Source: Geosiphon pyriformis uo1 (taxonomy: Eukaryota; Fungi; Glomeromycota). From it: 64,000 bases of DNA. Under the pieces are notes generated by a model. That model saw nothing but the letters and a program-made list of their open reading frames with translations, ran no database searches and was not told the origin of the DNA. The position numbers and the translations under genes are program-made. This document shows positions 47,310-59,724 of the stretch, piece by piece (the first letter of the stretch is position 1; every line of letters starts with the position of its first letter). The DNA lies in the NCBI GenBank assembly GCA_016748015.1, contig JAAOMT010000699.1:124001-188000 (forward strand), written 5' to 3'.

Positions 47310-48842
47310 TATGGCAAAATTTTAAAGGATGAAAGCTCTTTAAGAGTAAGAATATAAGTAATACCGTTTATGTGTTTATTTTCTATAAATGTTTAATGGA
47401 ACAAAATTCTGATATATTATAAAGAATCCACTTAAATTTCATTAATTGAAACAAAATAATTCGATCAAAATTCCCATCTCAAATCAAAATAAATAAGTTT
47501 AGTCGTTTTGCATTAATCTAATTATTATAATAAAAAACAAAATCTTTTTCTGTGAAACAAAATAAATTTACAAATAAAATATTAATATTTAAAAATTTTC
47601 ATATATAACAAATAAAAAGTTTCAAAATAATTTTATTAGAACTTTAAATAACAGTTTTTTGAAACCCATTTTAAAAATAATGTTTGATTGAATTATTGTC
47701 TTTTCACAAAAGTTAATAAAAGTTATCCGTATAATATGTTACTTTCTATCATTTTATTATATAAAATAATAAAGAACAATAAAAAAAAAATTTTTAAAAT
47801 TAATATTCATAATTGCCTGTGTAAATTGGATGACCTATGTAAATTAAAAATATATTCTAAAATCAATAATCAAGAAACCTGTTTATTTTGCCTCTTCTAA
47901 ATTATATAAATAAATTTCAAAATATTCAAATTTCAATAAAAAATTTTTTTTTAATAATATTATTTAAACAGAAAATTTTTCTTGAGTCAATAAATTTTTC
48001 AAAATATATTAAAAAAATTAATATTTAAACTAAGCTTTTAAAAAAAGCTGAAAATCATTATTTTTTATATAAATTATAATAAATGAAACTCATTCGCTAC
48101 AATTTTCATCTTTTTAGATTTACCAAATTAGAAATGTGTTCAAGATTTTCTCATGTAAAAAAATTCATTCGATACATATTAGTGATGAAAATTTCGGGTT
48201 CATACTTAAATTGGCTTTTGCTTTAGCCCAGTTATATTAACCACATGAATATCATTTATATAATAAACAGAATTCTAAATCTACATACAATATCCAAAAA
48301 AGTAAATAATTTAACTTTCCATGTAGAAATATTTCAAACAAATTTTACTTGGCATTTCAAAATTCTGTAAACTTAGCAACACAACAGAATTAAATATTCA
48401 AGGCAGTGATAGTAGTATGTGAATAGAACAAAATATATTAAAGATTTTATATTCCCAAGGAAAAATGATCTTTTTTCTTCAAATTGCTAAAGTATTGATC
48501 AAGTACAAAAATTCATTCGTAAAATTTCCATATTGAGTGCATTTTCAATTTAGCTTTCCAACATCATATAATGTAAATCAAGTTTAAGATCAGTGAGAAG
48601 GTTGAAAATTAATCTTTAGAGAATATTATTGATATCAACTTAAACGATTTGATAAATTTGATTAAATTTTTGTGAAATTGACGATGCTATTACGTACTTA
48701 CCGTGAAATCCAAAGAAATCTCGATCGATTTTTCAAAATTTGGAAATACTTTTGTTGGTGACTCTTGCTTTCTCTAAATTTTTTGTTTCTCGCAGCCCAT
48801 TTTCTCTCGTGTAGGTCTCTAAACCTTAATTTTACCGAACAG

Positions 48843-49605
48843 ATGGCTCAAAATGTTTCGACAGAGAAAGCCTCAAATTCACCAACCAAATATAAATCTC
48901 TACCATACACAATAAAACCTAATCGACCAAATGCCAATAAAAATTTGGTTTATCACAGCAACCAATCAGCTACTACAAGCTGTGACATTATTCAAACAAA
49001 CGAAAGCAGAAATTCAATCTCTTCGGCCTACCAATCCCCTGGTCTTGTAACCTATCGACCAAAGAATAAAATCTCACCAAAATTCAGGGTCATAAAACCA
49101 ATAAATCGTCCAAGAGCTCAAACAATTCGACCAGTACCATACCAGAATTTTGGCCAGTTGAATCGTCCATATTTAATTCAATTTCAACCACCATTTAAGC
49201 CATCATCAACTCCCCAATTAGGGAACTTCCAGAGTTCACGAAATTTTCGGCCTAAAGTTTGGTTGGAGAAAACCAATGGGAATTCTATAAATCAAATTCC
49301 ACGAAACTCTTCAAATTTATGTTCTCCACGCAAAAGACCTCTTAATTGTGAAGATGTTGATCAATCTTTAATAGTAGTTGATTTTGAGGAAACCAATTCC
49401 AAAAGATTTTTTTCTAGACCTCAAATAATTTTGCAAAGGCCAAAGTCATCTTATTCTCCGGATCGATTTATGAAAAGTGTCAACCACGAATCCGAATTTT
49501 CGAGTTATATCAACTCTTTCGATGATATCCGGAAAGCTTGTGATTCACAAGAACAACCACCTTCCGTAGTAGACAAAGAAGATGTTGTATCTCTCGGTGG
49601 TGATT

Positions 49606-49679
<74 letters not shown>

Positions 49680-51267
49680 GGTGGTGGTGATAATGATGAT
49701 AATGATGATGATGAAGTGCACCATATGGAAATTGGGCCAGAGGAACTTTCAGGAAAAGAATCCCCAATTTGCAAATATAAGGACATTGAAAAAGTATTAT
49801 ACCCCATTGAAAATGGTTCACCTATTCGAGATTCTCTTCCAACTGGTGAGAAAAATGATAAAAAAACACCCGAAAAAATTTCACAGTCAGAGCAACAAGA
49901 ACTAGTAAAAACCGTTGACTCGCCTATACTAAAAAATGCCAGTAAACAATTAGAAGAGTCAATGATAACTACTCAATCTAAATTAAATTATACCGTTAAA
50001 CAATTGTATAAAATCAAGGAAGATTTTGGAATGGCACAACAAGGCACAAAAATGGCTGTTAACGAAAATCCCAAAAAAGAATTGGATGAAACTTCCGAAG
50101 AACTACCACTTAGCCATCGTCGACGATTAGTCAAGGTGGGAATTAATCCTGCAAATCCAAAAACCAGGATAAACTCCCAAACAATAACTTCAGAGAACTT
50201 GGACAAGATAACAAAGTTTCCAATAGAAAAGTAATCACACCATAAATTTAAAAAATGATTCAAATATTATAACACTAAAATTCTTTACTTTTGTTAGATC
50301 TTTAACCAAAACAGTTAATACCACGAGTTTTCCTGAACAACGTGGGGAATTTCTAGAGAGCCAAAAGAAAGAAAAAATCTTGACCTATGCTGAAGAAGGA
50401 AAGCAAGATGAAAGAAAAAATTTACTTCCAAATGGCGAAATTCCGAAAAATTGGGCCGAAGAGATGATTGCGGAAATTTCTAATAACGTTTACATTGCAG
50501 ATCTACGCTTAAATCGTCGTCAACAAATTCCCCTTCCTCTTCCACCTGAAATTCAATCAAAGCGACGAGGAAGACCACCTGGTGCTAAAAACAAGAAAAA
50601 AGAAACCAATTCAGAGCAAACAAAAACTGATGCTACCTCAATTCAAGTGACTAGAGCAAAGAAAAAAACAAAATATAAAATTTCGAATACTATTTTCGAC
50701 ACTCCAACCACCAAAATCCCGAAAAACCTCCAAGAAAAAGCAGAATCCAAACAACAAATATCCGAAAAAATTCAAACTAATAAATTAACATCCAGTATTA
50801 GAACAGACGAAAAAGTGCTTTCTTCCGATAAAGCAACTGCAACAGAGTTTTCTTCTGAGCAAGATCAAGAAAGCAGCAGCTCTAGTTCAGAAGAGAATCA
50901 GGAAAAGGATGAATATGATAGAGACTTTTCTAGCACAATCCAAACTGGAAACTCTCGCTCACCATCACCGAGTGAAATATACATGCTAAATGATTTTGAG
51001 GAATCAGAATCAGAATCAGAATCGGAAATAGATACGAAACTTGAACTTGAACAAGATAATAAATCATCAACCAAACTAACAGAAGAACCACTCTTGGCTT
51101 CTGAATTGCCAAATAAATTCCAATCTCAAGAGAAAAAACAGCAGAAAAGTAGTCTCTTATCATCAAATTCTTTTTATAATATAAACGGCGCCATTTTTAA
51201 AGCTTTATACTCTATTCCAATGGGTCCAAAGAAATCTGATTCGATCAATACAGCAAACCTGATGTAA
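48843..51267 (+). CDS. 785-aa low-complexity, probably disordered protein with an acidic tract and an AT-hook; 2 exons (48843-50230, 50298-51267)
   Basis: Two long ORFs joined in frame by a phase-2 GT-AG intron. Poly-Asp/poly-Gly tract, KRRGRPPGAK, basic NLS-like segments. Confidence 0.8.
49606..49712. repeat. Coding trinucleotide repeat (GAT)n(GGT)n
   Basis: Encodes poly-D then poly-G. Confidence 0.9.
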
Positions 51268-52000
51268 GAATTAAACTTTTAAAGTATCCATTTTAGTATA
51301 TATAACCATACTATAGTATTGAAGTAGTTTTTCTCTAACAAAAATAATAATAAACTTGTTAATGTTTTAGTAATACTTTGACTCAATTTTGAATTCATGG
51401 AGTGTCTTTTAAATTTGGATATACTATAAGTTTTTGACAGTCAGCTCCAAGATTTAAACTCGTCAGATTTCAGTCAACGCATTCTGTAATACCTTCTATT
51501 CTGAGTTTGATAATTTAATCAAGGGTTTTGTAATTATGGGTTAGGACTAAAGATTCATAAAGAATATATATATTAAATCCATTTTTCATCAATTGAAAGT
51601 CGAGTATTTCGAAACAAAAGAAAAATTAAGAGTAAAGACTAATGTTGATTTCAGAGTAAGATATTAGAAAAATTATATTAGAACAATGAAATACAATTGT
51701 TTAATCTGTTTTTGAGGAATTTTCAATAATTAATTCGAAAGAAAACACCATGAAATGAATCTCAAAACACATATACAGTAAAACTCGTGAAATTTCATTT
51801 TCAAGTATCTTGAGAAATAATACTCCTTTTTGTTTGATACAGAAAAATTAATAATATAAAACTTTATTAAAAATGTTAGATCTGAATCAGAATGAACACA
51901 TGAAAAAAATAATAATCAAGATTTATTGTTAAAAACACTTAATCTTGAACCTTTTCATTTAGATAAAATTGAAAATTGGGAATATCGGTATTAAGAACCC

Positions 52001-53438
52001 TCATTTTTTTAAGATCATGGGAGGACACTGGGACATCAAATGACCAAAATATGGACCTAGATGAGGATTTAACGTAGGTATAAAATCATTCTCAGTTGCT
52101 GCATTACAATCCTAAAAAGTAAAATTTGCAGAATTTTGGATTAAAAAAGAACAAAGTTTCGAATTAATCTCTTAACCATTTAATAACAATTTTTTACCGG
52201 TGATTCAGAAATATGTTGAAAAACATCCACGGCTCCGATACATTCAAATACTATAAAATTAGAATTTAAGCAATCGCAATGAGTAATAGGTGAAATCCAA
52301 TACTCTCTTTGATGATGAGATAAACCATTTTCTACTGTTGGAATCGGAAGTTTTGGTATTGGATCGTTTGAATATGTGATCCGATATATGGAACTTGGTA
52401 GCATTCGATTGACATAGTTCGCAAAAGCTATGTTACCCATGCGTGGTTGACCATATGTGTATACTTCAATTTCGTATTGATATCGCTGAGATAAAAGTAC
52501 AAGAGCGGCAAATATAGCATAAACTGGTATAAAAAAAGGAATGGAGAAAAAAGTAAAATATCTCAAATCAAGAACTTTATTGTATCATCATCATCATAAT
52601 CATCATCATCATCATAATCATTATCATCATCATTATCATGATGTTAATTACGAATTCATGCCTACCACCACCAACTCCATGTCCAACAAAACGAAGCCTA
52701 TCTTTAAATTTGTCACGGGATTTCCTTTCCAACTGCGAAATTCTTTGTTTCAATGTTGGAAATCCAGCTTGAAATTCCCAATAAAACTCTGCGTCTACCA
52801 TTGCCTCTGGAATATTGCTATAAGAAGTCAAAATTCGTCCTGATTTTCCAAAATTGAGATCTAATTCTATTCCTCTAAATAAAATCTGAAAATATTCCAT
52901 TTCAGGTACGAATTCTAGTTTCACTATAATGATGACATGTTTGAATTACCAAAAAAAAAGTTCAAGAGAAGGTTCAACTTTAAAAAATAAGAGCAAGATT
53001 GGAAAAAAAGTATGAAATACCATAAAATTTGGGTGTCAATTGAAAAATATTTCGAGTTTTAGGTTCAATTTCTATGCATGAGGCAATTTTTGCTAATATC
53101 GAAAAATGTTGTATTTTTTTTACAATGGGATGATGATGTATTAATTGGCGTTTAACTGGTTCGTCGAAAACTGTGTTATATTCTGTAAATTCATCATTTT
53201 GTGATCTTGCTAATTGCCTGGAATTTTGAAAATTTTTTGTTTGATCAAGAGTCAAATTTGTTCTGTTTGTGAACTTAATAATTTTGAAAGGTGAGTTTTC
53301 GTAATATATTCTTGATTTTGAAATTGAGAAAATGGTGTAATAAATTGTCACTATAATTATTGATGAAAATACTGGCCACAATGGATATAAAAAAATTGAT
53401 TTGAGTAATTTTGGTCTCCTTAAAGCATTCCCATCCAT
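52001..53438 (-). CDS. Class-3 lipase-like protein lacking the catalytic Ser (GHGVGG); exons 53438-53021, 52923-52666, 52523-52198, 52111-52001
   Basis: N-terminal hydrophobic segment, FRGI, FVGHGVGG, YTYGQPRMGN, SNDPIPKLP, PHLGPYFG. Three GT-AG introns (phases 1,1,0); no stops. Confidence 0.88.
52584..52640. repeat. Intronic (CAT)n microsatellite
   Basis: Directly visible in intron 2 of the gene at 52001-53438. Confidence 0.85.
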
Positions 53439-55695
53439 TATGACTATGAGTTAAAAATGTTTATATAAAAAAAAAGTTAAATTTTTTCACTGAATATGAT
53501 TGAATATATAAATTATAATCTTTATTAAAACTTTGCAAATCTATAACGTTTACTCATAACATAAATATATCATGAAATGGCATTAATCTGCCAAAGCTTA
53601 ACAAGGAACCGATTATTATCAAACCATAAAAATTCCATTTATGGATCCAGGAAATTTATGTCGGAAGTAAAGTTTATGAAAAATGATAACACTTAATTAT
53701 CAGTAAATCTCATTTAATTTTTTATAAATTCGAGTGAAAAAAAAAATTATTTTCTATAAAAATGAATTTTTCCTTTGTATAAATAGACGAAAAATTCAGA
53801 GATTATATATATTATGGTATACGAGAAAAAATTGAAACAGTTTCATTGCTCAAATTTGGAAAGTAAATGATCAAAAAACAAATTTTAAAAAGAGTTGAAC
53901 TTTTGAATCAAAATTTTCAAAAAACTTACAGTTATTTAATTAAGAAGGTGGCAAAGTTAAGAATTCAAATATATATATTAAAAGAATTTGAAGTATTGAA
54001 AAAGCAAACAGGGACGATATTCATATGCTAAAAATTTTGCTTTTTGTAAATAGTTTGAAATTATTTTGCTGAATAATTTTGATAGATAACTTTCATGATT
54101 TAATTAAAAATTTTTTTTATTAATCAATAGTTTCATTTTCACCCTGTCAATGATCAATAATGAGATTTATTTTGCAAATTTAAATCCGTGTTATAATGAA
54201 TATTATATTCCCATTAATAATAAAATATTCCTTTTTCTCTTTAAATTTACTTCAATTAAACACCTTTATTTCAATTTCTATATTATAAATACTTTTATTA
54301 ATTGGCCAAGTTATAATCCAAATATTCAACAAAGTTTACTAAACATTTTTATATTCGTATCGAGTCAGTAGCTTGTTGTTTTTTTTTAGTTTATTTTTTG
54401 AATCGAACCAAATCAAGTCGTTTTGTTGTAAAAACCCACAAAAACACTCGTAAAACTTCACTTCTCACTGATATCTTTTCAATAATTTAGTAATTTCCAA
54501 CTTATTTTGAATATTAAATAAATTTTAAAGCCAAATTACGTGAAAAAAAATTTCTGACGCTTGAAGAAACAATTAATTGTAAATAACGGTCAAATCGGTA
54601 AAAAAATTTTGGAATTCGTACCATGGAATCTTTTTTAAAGTTTACAAAGAGGTTTGCAAAGACCAGTGTCATTAGTATAATCAATAGATTTCGATAATAA
54701 ATAGGTAAAAACTCATGAAGTTATAAATCTTATAAAATTAATTCCAAATTTCATTTCACACAATAATTTATTATTTTTCAATTTTTGTCAAGACACTGGG
54801 AAAAAACGAGGAATTTCAAAAGATTGTCAAAGAAAACATGAAAAAACAGAATTAGATTGATCGGGTATGGTGCTGGTAGTTCATGCTCTTTTTGAAACCA
54901 CAACATATCACATTTAAAACTATAAACTTTGGTCAATCTATAATAGAAAATCGTGTTTTAGAGCCCATGTTTGATGATAGGTATGTCGGGGTAACTCTTT
55001 TAAAAATGATTATTTTCCAAAACATGCATTCATCACCCAAAATAATACTGGATATTCGTAATTTTGCACAAGATAAGATGAAAATCTAAGAGAATTTTAC
55101 ATGAATAGCTTGAAATACGAGATCTTGAAAAGGAGTTTCTCGGGTCATTAATAAGTCTATTACGGGTCAGATTCGATCAAAGGAGTTTAGGTAAATTATT
55201 TAAAGATATCCGTCAATGATTGAAACAAAAAAAAACTTCAAACAAAAATAACATTTATTGATTAATTTGAAAAGTTTATAATTTTTAGACTGAGTAGCAA
55301 GATATTTTCCCTGGAATTAATAGAGAAGCTGCTGTGCTCCACTTGTATGATTCATGATTAAGCAAAGAAGAATTGACCTTGAAGTTGTAGCGCAAAGCTT
55401 TAATTAGAAAAGTTAAAATAGTCCGTCAAGGAGAGATATCAGTTGATCTTTTCTCATGTTTTCAACCTATTTTAATGTAAAGCTCGAATTTTTGAGTTGG
55501 CTATAAAAAAGTTTCTTATAAGAATGTTGGTTTAACAATTTCTGCAATCAAAACAAATAAATAAATGTGAGTAAATTAATGTTTTCATTCTAATCCCTAA
55601 AATGGTTTCTTCTTTTTTTTTTATCAATCAACAAAAAATTCAATATTTTGAAAGTCCTGAAAATCTCAAAGTAAAACTCCCTAATTTTGTGTTCT

Positions 55696-57395
55696 ATGAA
55701 AGTTTTTAAAAAGCTCATCTTTAGAAATTATTCCTCAAAGTCAATAAATAAAAATTTTATAAGCAATGAAATGTTTCGAATTAAAACGGCAAATAAAAAA
55801 TTTTTCACAGTTTTTTTAACAATGGTTATGGCATGTATAGTGGTGACCTATAATTCCCCTGTAGAAGCTATGAGCGTTGTGAAAAAGTTTTCGAAAAGAA
55901 AGATTCCATTTATTTCAGGAAGCATTAAACCTGCCCAAGAATTTATTGAAATAGAAAACAAAGAAAATAATGATTTTATTTTGTCTGAAGACAATTGGAG
56001 TAATCTCGAGAATTCAGCTATTATTTCAGATCTTTCACTATATCCTGAACTTTCACCAGATTCGCAGTTCTATGAAAAATCTCTAATTAATTTTAGCTTT
56101 CAAAAAAATTCAAATTCAGAAGAAAGTTTAATCGAATTGAAAAAAGATCCAAAAATATACAGCATCTTGGAGCAGAAAAATTCCCTCGAGATTCAAAAGT
56201 TTAATGATTCTACAAAATTTGAAGTTGAAACTTTTTACAACAATCTTCCTGAACTACCTTCAGCCGGTGTAGATCTTTTAACTTTTCCTGAACCAACAAA
56301 TGAAACTATACAAAACACCACCAAAATTAATGTTATTCCTATCGCGGTAGAGATGCTCAAGAAATTCATTGATATGGCATATATCGCAAATTTTCCGTAT
56401 TGCCTTGAAGACAATGAATTGTTTGATTTTTCGGAACACATTAAAGGTAAAAATATTTCATAAAAAAGTATGATTGTTAAATTTCACGCATTACAATATT
56501 TAAATTTCAGTTTCTACCATTTTACAGTATACATTGCAGTAATAAACAGTGATGTAGAACGAGTTCTGCAAATCAGTTTTCAAAGCTCGCCGGATGATGA
56601 AATATTACTGATCGATGAAGAGTATGATATATTAGTTCCTTATCCAGATATTCCAGACGCTCTTGTACATAAAAAGTATTACAAAAGATTTATGCAAAGA
56701 GAAAGATCTATTTCAAATTTGATAAAAGGTTTTCAAAAAAAAAACCAAAACTATCAACTTCATTTCACAGGTCATGGTTCGGGAGGTGGTGAGTATTTCT
56801 TTAATACAATATCAAAAATTTTCATTTTTTCAAAAAAAAATAATTTTTTCTTGTAATATTATTTTATTTTATTTTATTTTATTTTATTTTCTAGTTTATG
56901 CTATATTTACAGCATTATTAATAAAAAGAGAGAGAAAAAAATCAGTTATTTCAGTTTTTACCTTTGGCCAGCCAAGAGTTGGAAATAAATATTTTGCAAA
57001 TTATGTGAATCAAATATTTAAAAACGTATATCGAGTGACAATTCGGGATGATCCAATAACGTTGTTACCACCACAAGAAAAGGGATTCATCCATTATTGG
57101 ACAGAAATATTTATTGATCCGGTGGCAAAAGAAGTGGTTGAATGTAAAGCAATTGAAAATGAAAATCCGGTAATTTATTATTATTATTATTTTAATACAG
57201 TGATTTTTAAATACCAAAAAAAATTCTAAATCTTTTAAATTTTCCTATATGATCCAATTAATTTTTTTATAGACTTGTGCTAATTCTGTAAAATATGAGC
57301 GTACCGCTTATATAGATCATGGAAAAAGTATGAAACCACATTATGGCTCATATTTTGAAACAACGATGGGGAAATGTATTCCGAGGCCAATATAA
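55696..57395 (+). CDS. Class-3 lipase-like protein, GHGSGG variant; exons 55696 (or 55771)-56446, 56528-56788, 56895-57169, 57273-57395
   Basis: Signal-like segment, long acidic N-terminal extension, FTGHGSGG, FTFGQPRVGN, RDDPITLLP, PHYGSYF. Same intron positions and phases as its paralogues; no stops. Start codon ambiguous. Confidence 0.87.
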
Positions 57396-57645
57396 TTATC
57401 AATAATCAAAAAGAAGATGCTTTTTATTTCATATAAAAATCAATTTGAAAAAAGATGTTATGTGAATTAATGGAGGGGGGAGGGGGGAGAGGGGGGGAGT
57501 GGGAAATGGTGATAGGTCTGATTCAAATCTAATTCCTAATTAAATAAAAGTTGTGAAAGTTAAAAAAAATATATTTTAAAAGATGGTCAAAAATTCTGGC
57601 ATTTAATTTCAAACATTAAATTAAAATCTTTTTAGTAAATAATTC

Positions 57646-57752
57646 TCAATCAATCAATCAATCAATTAATACATATCATATCATACCCATATCATATCAT
57701 ACCCATATCATACCATATCATATAGTATACATATTATACATATCATATCACA
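57646..57752. repeat. (TCAA)n then (ATCAT/ACCAT)n simple repeats
   Basis: Directly visible in the intergenic region. Confidence 0.75.
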
Positions 57753-58032
57753 TGATAAATATTCAAAACAATTTTTCAATCTCTCATATAATTAATTATA
57801 GAAAGAAGGGTGAAACAATTAACTATTGATATCGGTGTGAAAATCTTTTAACTATTCTCCGAAAAGCTCTTTCAAAGAATAAACAAACAAAATTATAACG
57901 ATTTCCTGTGAAGAATTTGTTAGATATAAAAGTTAGAAATACCCATATTTAAATAAATAAATAAATATATATATCATATTTTTTGAGATAAAGATCAAAA
58001 TTCTCGATTTTTAGTAAAATATTTGGATAAGA

Positions 58033-59724
58033 ATGTATCAAGCCAAATTTTATAACAAAAAAAATCAATTACCCCAATTTATCAGTATTTCAATTACAAT
58101 TATATCTTTATTTTTTTCTTGGTACTTGCTTGATATTTTTTTGCTTTGTGTAAGTTCTTTCAGTCTTCCAAGAACAGTAATAGAAAAAAGGCAAATTTTA
58201 AATTATCCTGACGAAAATGACAGTCTTAATTTTACTCAGAAGAATGATGATGGAATAGCTGAATTGATTCCAATCAATGATTTTTATACGTCAAATCTTG
58301 AACAAATTTATTCAGAATTATGGATCCCAGACAATTTAGAGAATATTTCTGATGAAATTTCTGCAAATACTTCAACAAGATTAAATGAACCACAAAACAT
58401 ACTCGTATCAAACGTAAAAGATGCTTTAGAAGCTGCTTTTGAAAATCCCATTGAAAATATCTCAAGGAACGACGGTGTTGAAAAGAAAGATGACAAAAGT
58501 ATTTTAGATATTCAGGATACATTCCAAGCAGTGGGAGATCCAAATAATTCAAGTATCGGGACGACTGAAAAAGATAATATTTATTTTGATATTTCAGCCG
58601 AGACAAAAGGCAACAAACAAGTTAAAATTGATTCATATGTTCGTAAAAAATTGACTGCAATTGCGAAACTGGCTAATCTTTCTTATTGTGTGAAAATGTA
58701 TGAATTTAGTGAATATATTCAAGGTGAATCATGTGTTCTTTAAAATTTTCACTAATTAATGAATTCACTTTTAAAGAAAATTTTTTCAACCATAAATTAT
58801 TTCACATCTTTAATAGTCAACATAATAAAAACTGGCAATACATTCAAAAACCGACGAGTTTTTATTAGTTTCAGAGGAAAACTTCCACCCAAAGTACAAA
58901 GATATTCAGATGAGGATACTAAATCCGATTTTGCCAAATTAATTATTCGTGAGGATTACGAAATGATCAATTACCCTAATGTACCACGAGCTCAAGTTCA
59001 TCGAACTTTTTATATGAATTTTAAAATTCATGCAAAAGTTTTATTTATCATTTTACAACGACATTATCCTTCTATGGAATATCATTTTACTGGACATGGA
59101 TCTGGGGGCTGTAAGTTGAAAATTTTATTTTATTGATTTAATTGAAAGTTAATTCATTTTATTGGTCATAAATTTTAAAAGTAATATTGTTATATCTATC
59201 AGCATATGCTATATATATGGCTCTTTATATGAAAAGATACTCAACGTATTATGATAGAGAAATATTTATCTATACATTTGGTCAACCACGTTCGGGTGAT
59301 CGAAATTTCGCAAAGCACGTTAACTACCAAATCACGCAAGTATGGCGAGTCACATCTAAAAATGATCCAATATCACTCTTACCTCCACTCAGCGAAGGTT
59401 TTCGACACCACAAAAAGGAAGTTTTTTTTGATCAACAATCTAAAAATTATATTCGGTGTGATGCCGCAGTTTTTGAATCTCCGGTATTTTTATTTTTTTT
59501 TAAGAATTTATGATTTCCTGAAAAGTTAAATTTCTAAATTCCAATGCTTGTTCTGAAGCTTAAAATAAATATTTCTCATTAATTTTTAGAATTGCGCAAA
59601 TTCGGTCATTTACAAACGAGATGACTATACATATCACTCTAAAAGTTGGGCCTCGCACATGGGACCATATTTCGGAACTACAATGGGTCAATGCCCTGGT
59701 CTATACCCATCTTTTGATTTTTAG
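58033..59724 (+). CDS. Class-3 lipase-like protein, GHGSGG variant; exons 58033-58723, 58817-59110, 59203-59483, 59590-59724
   Basis: N-terminal hydrophobic segment, acidic extension, ISFRGK, FTGHGSGG, YTFGQPRSGD, KNDPISLLP, SHMGPYFG. Intact frame across three GT-AG introns. Confidence 0.88.

Noticed and set aside
49510-49905. Poly-His, poly-Met and poly-Ser ORFs (also 52541-52843)
   Set aside because: Alternative-frame readings of trinucleotide microsatellites.
54800-55480. Moderately GC-rich, exon-like fragments (also ~59820-60470)
   Set aside because: Multiple stops and no recognisable family. They may be old pseudogene debris but cannot be supported.
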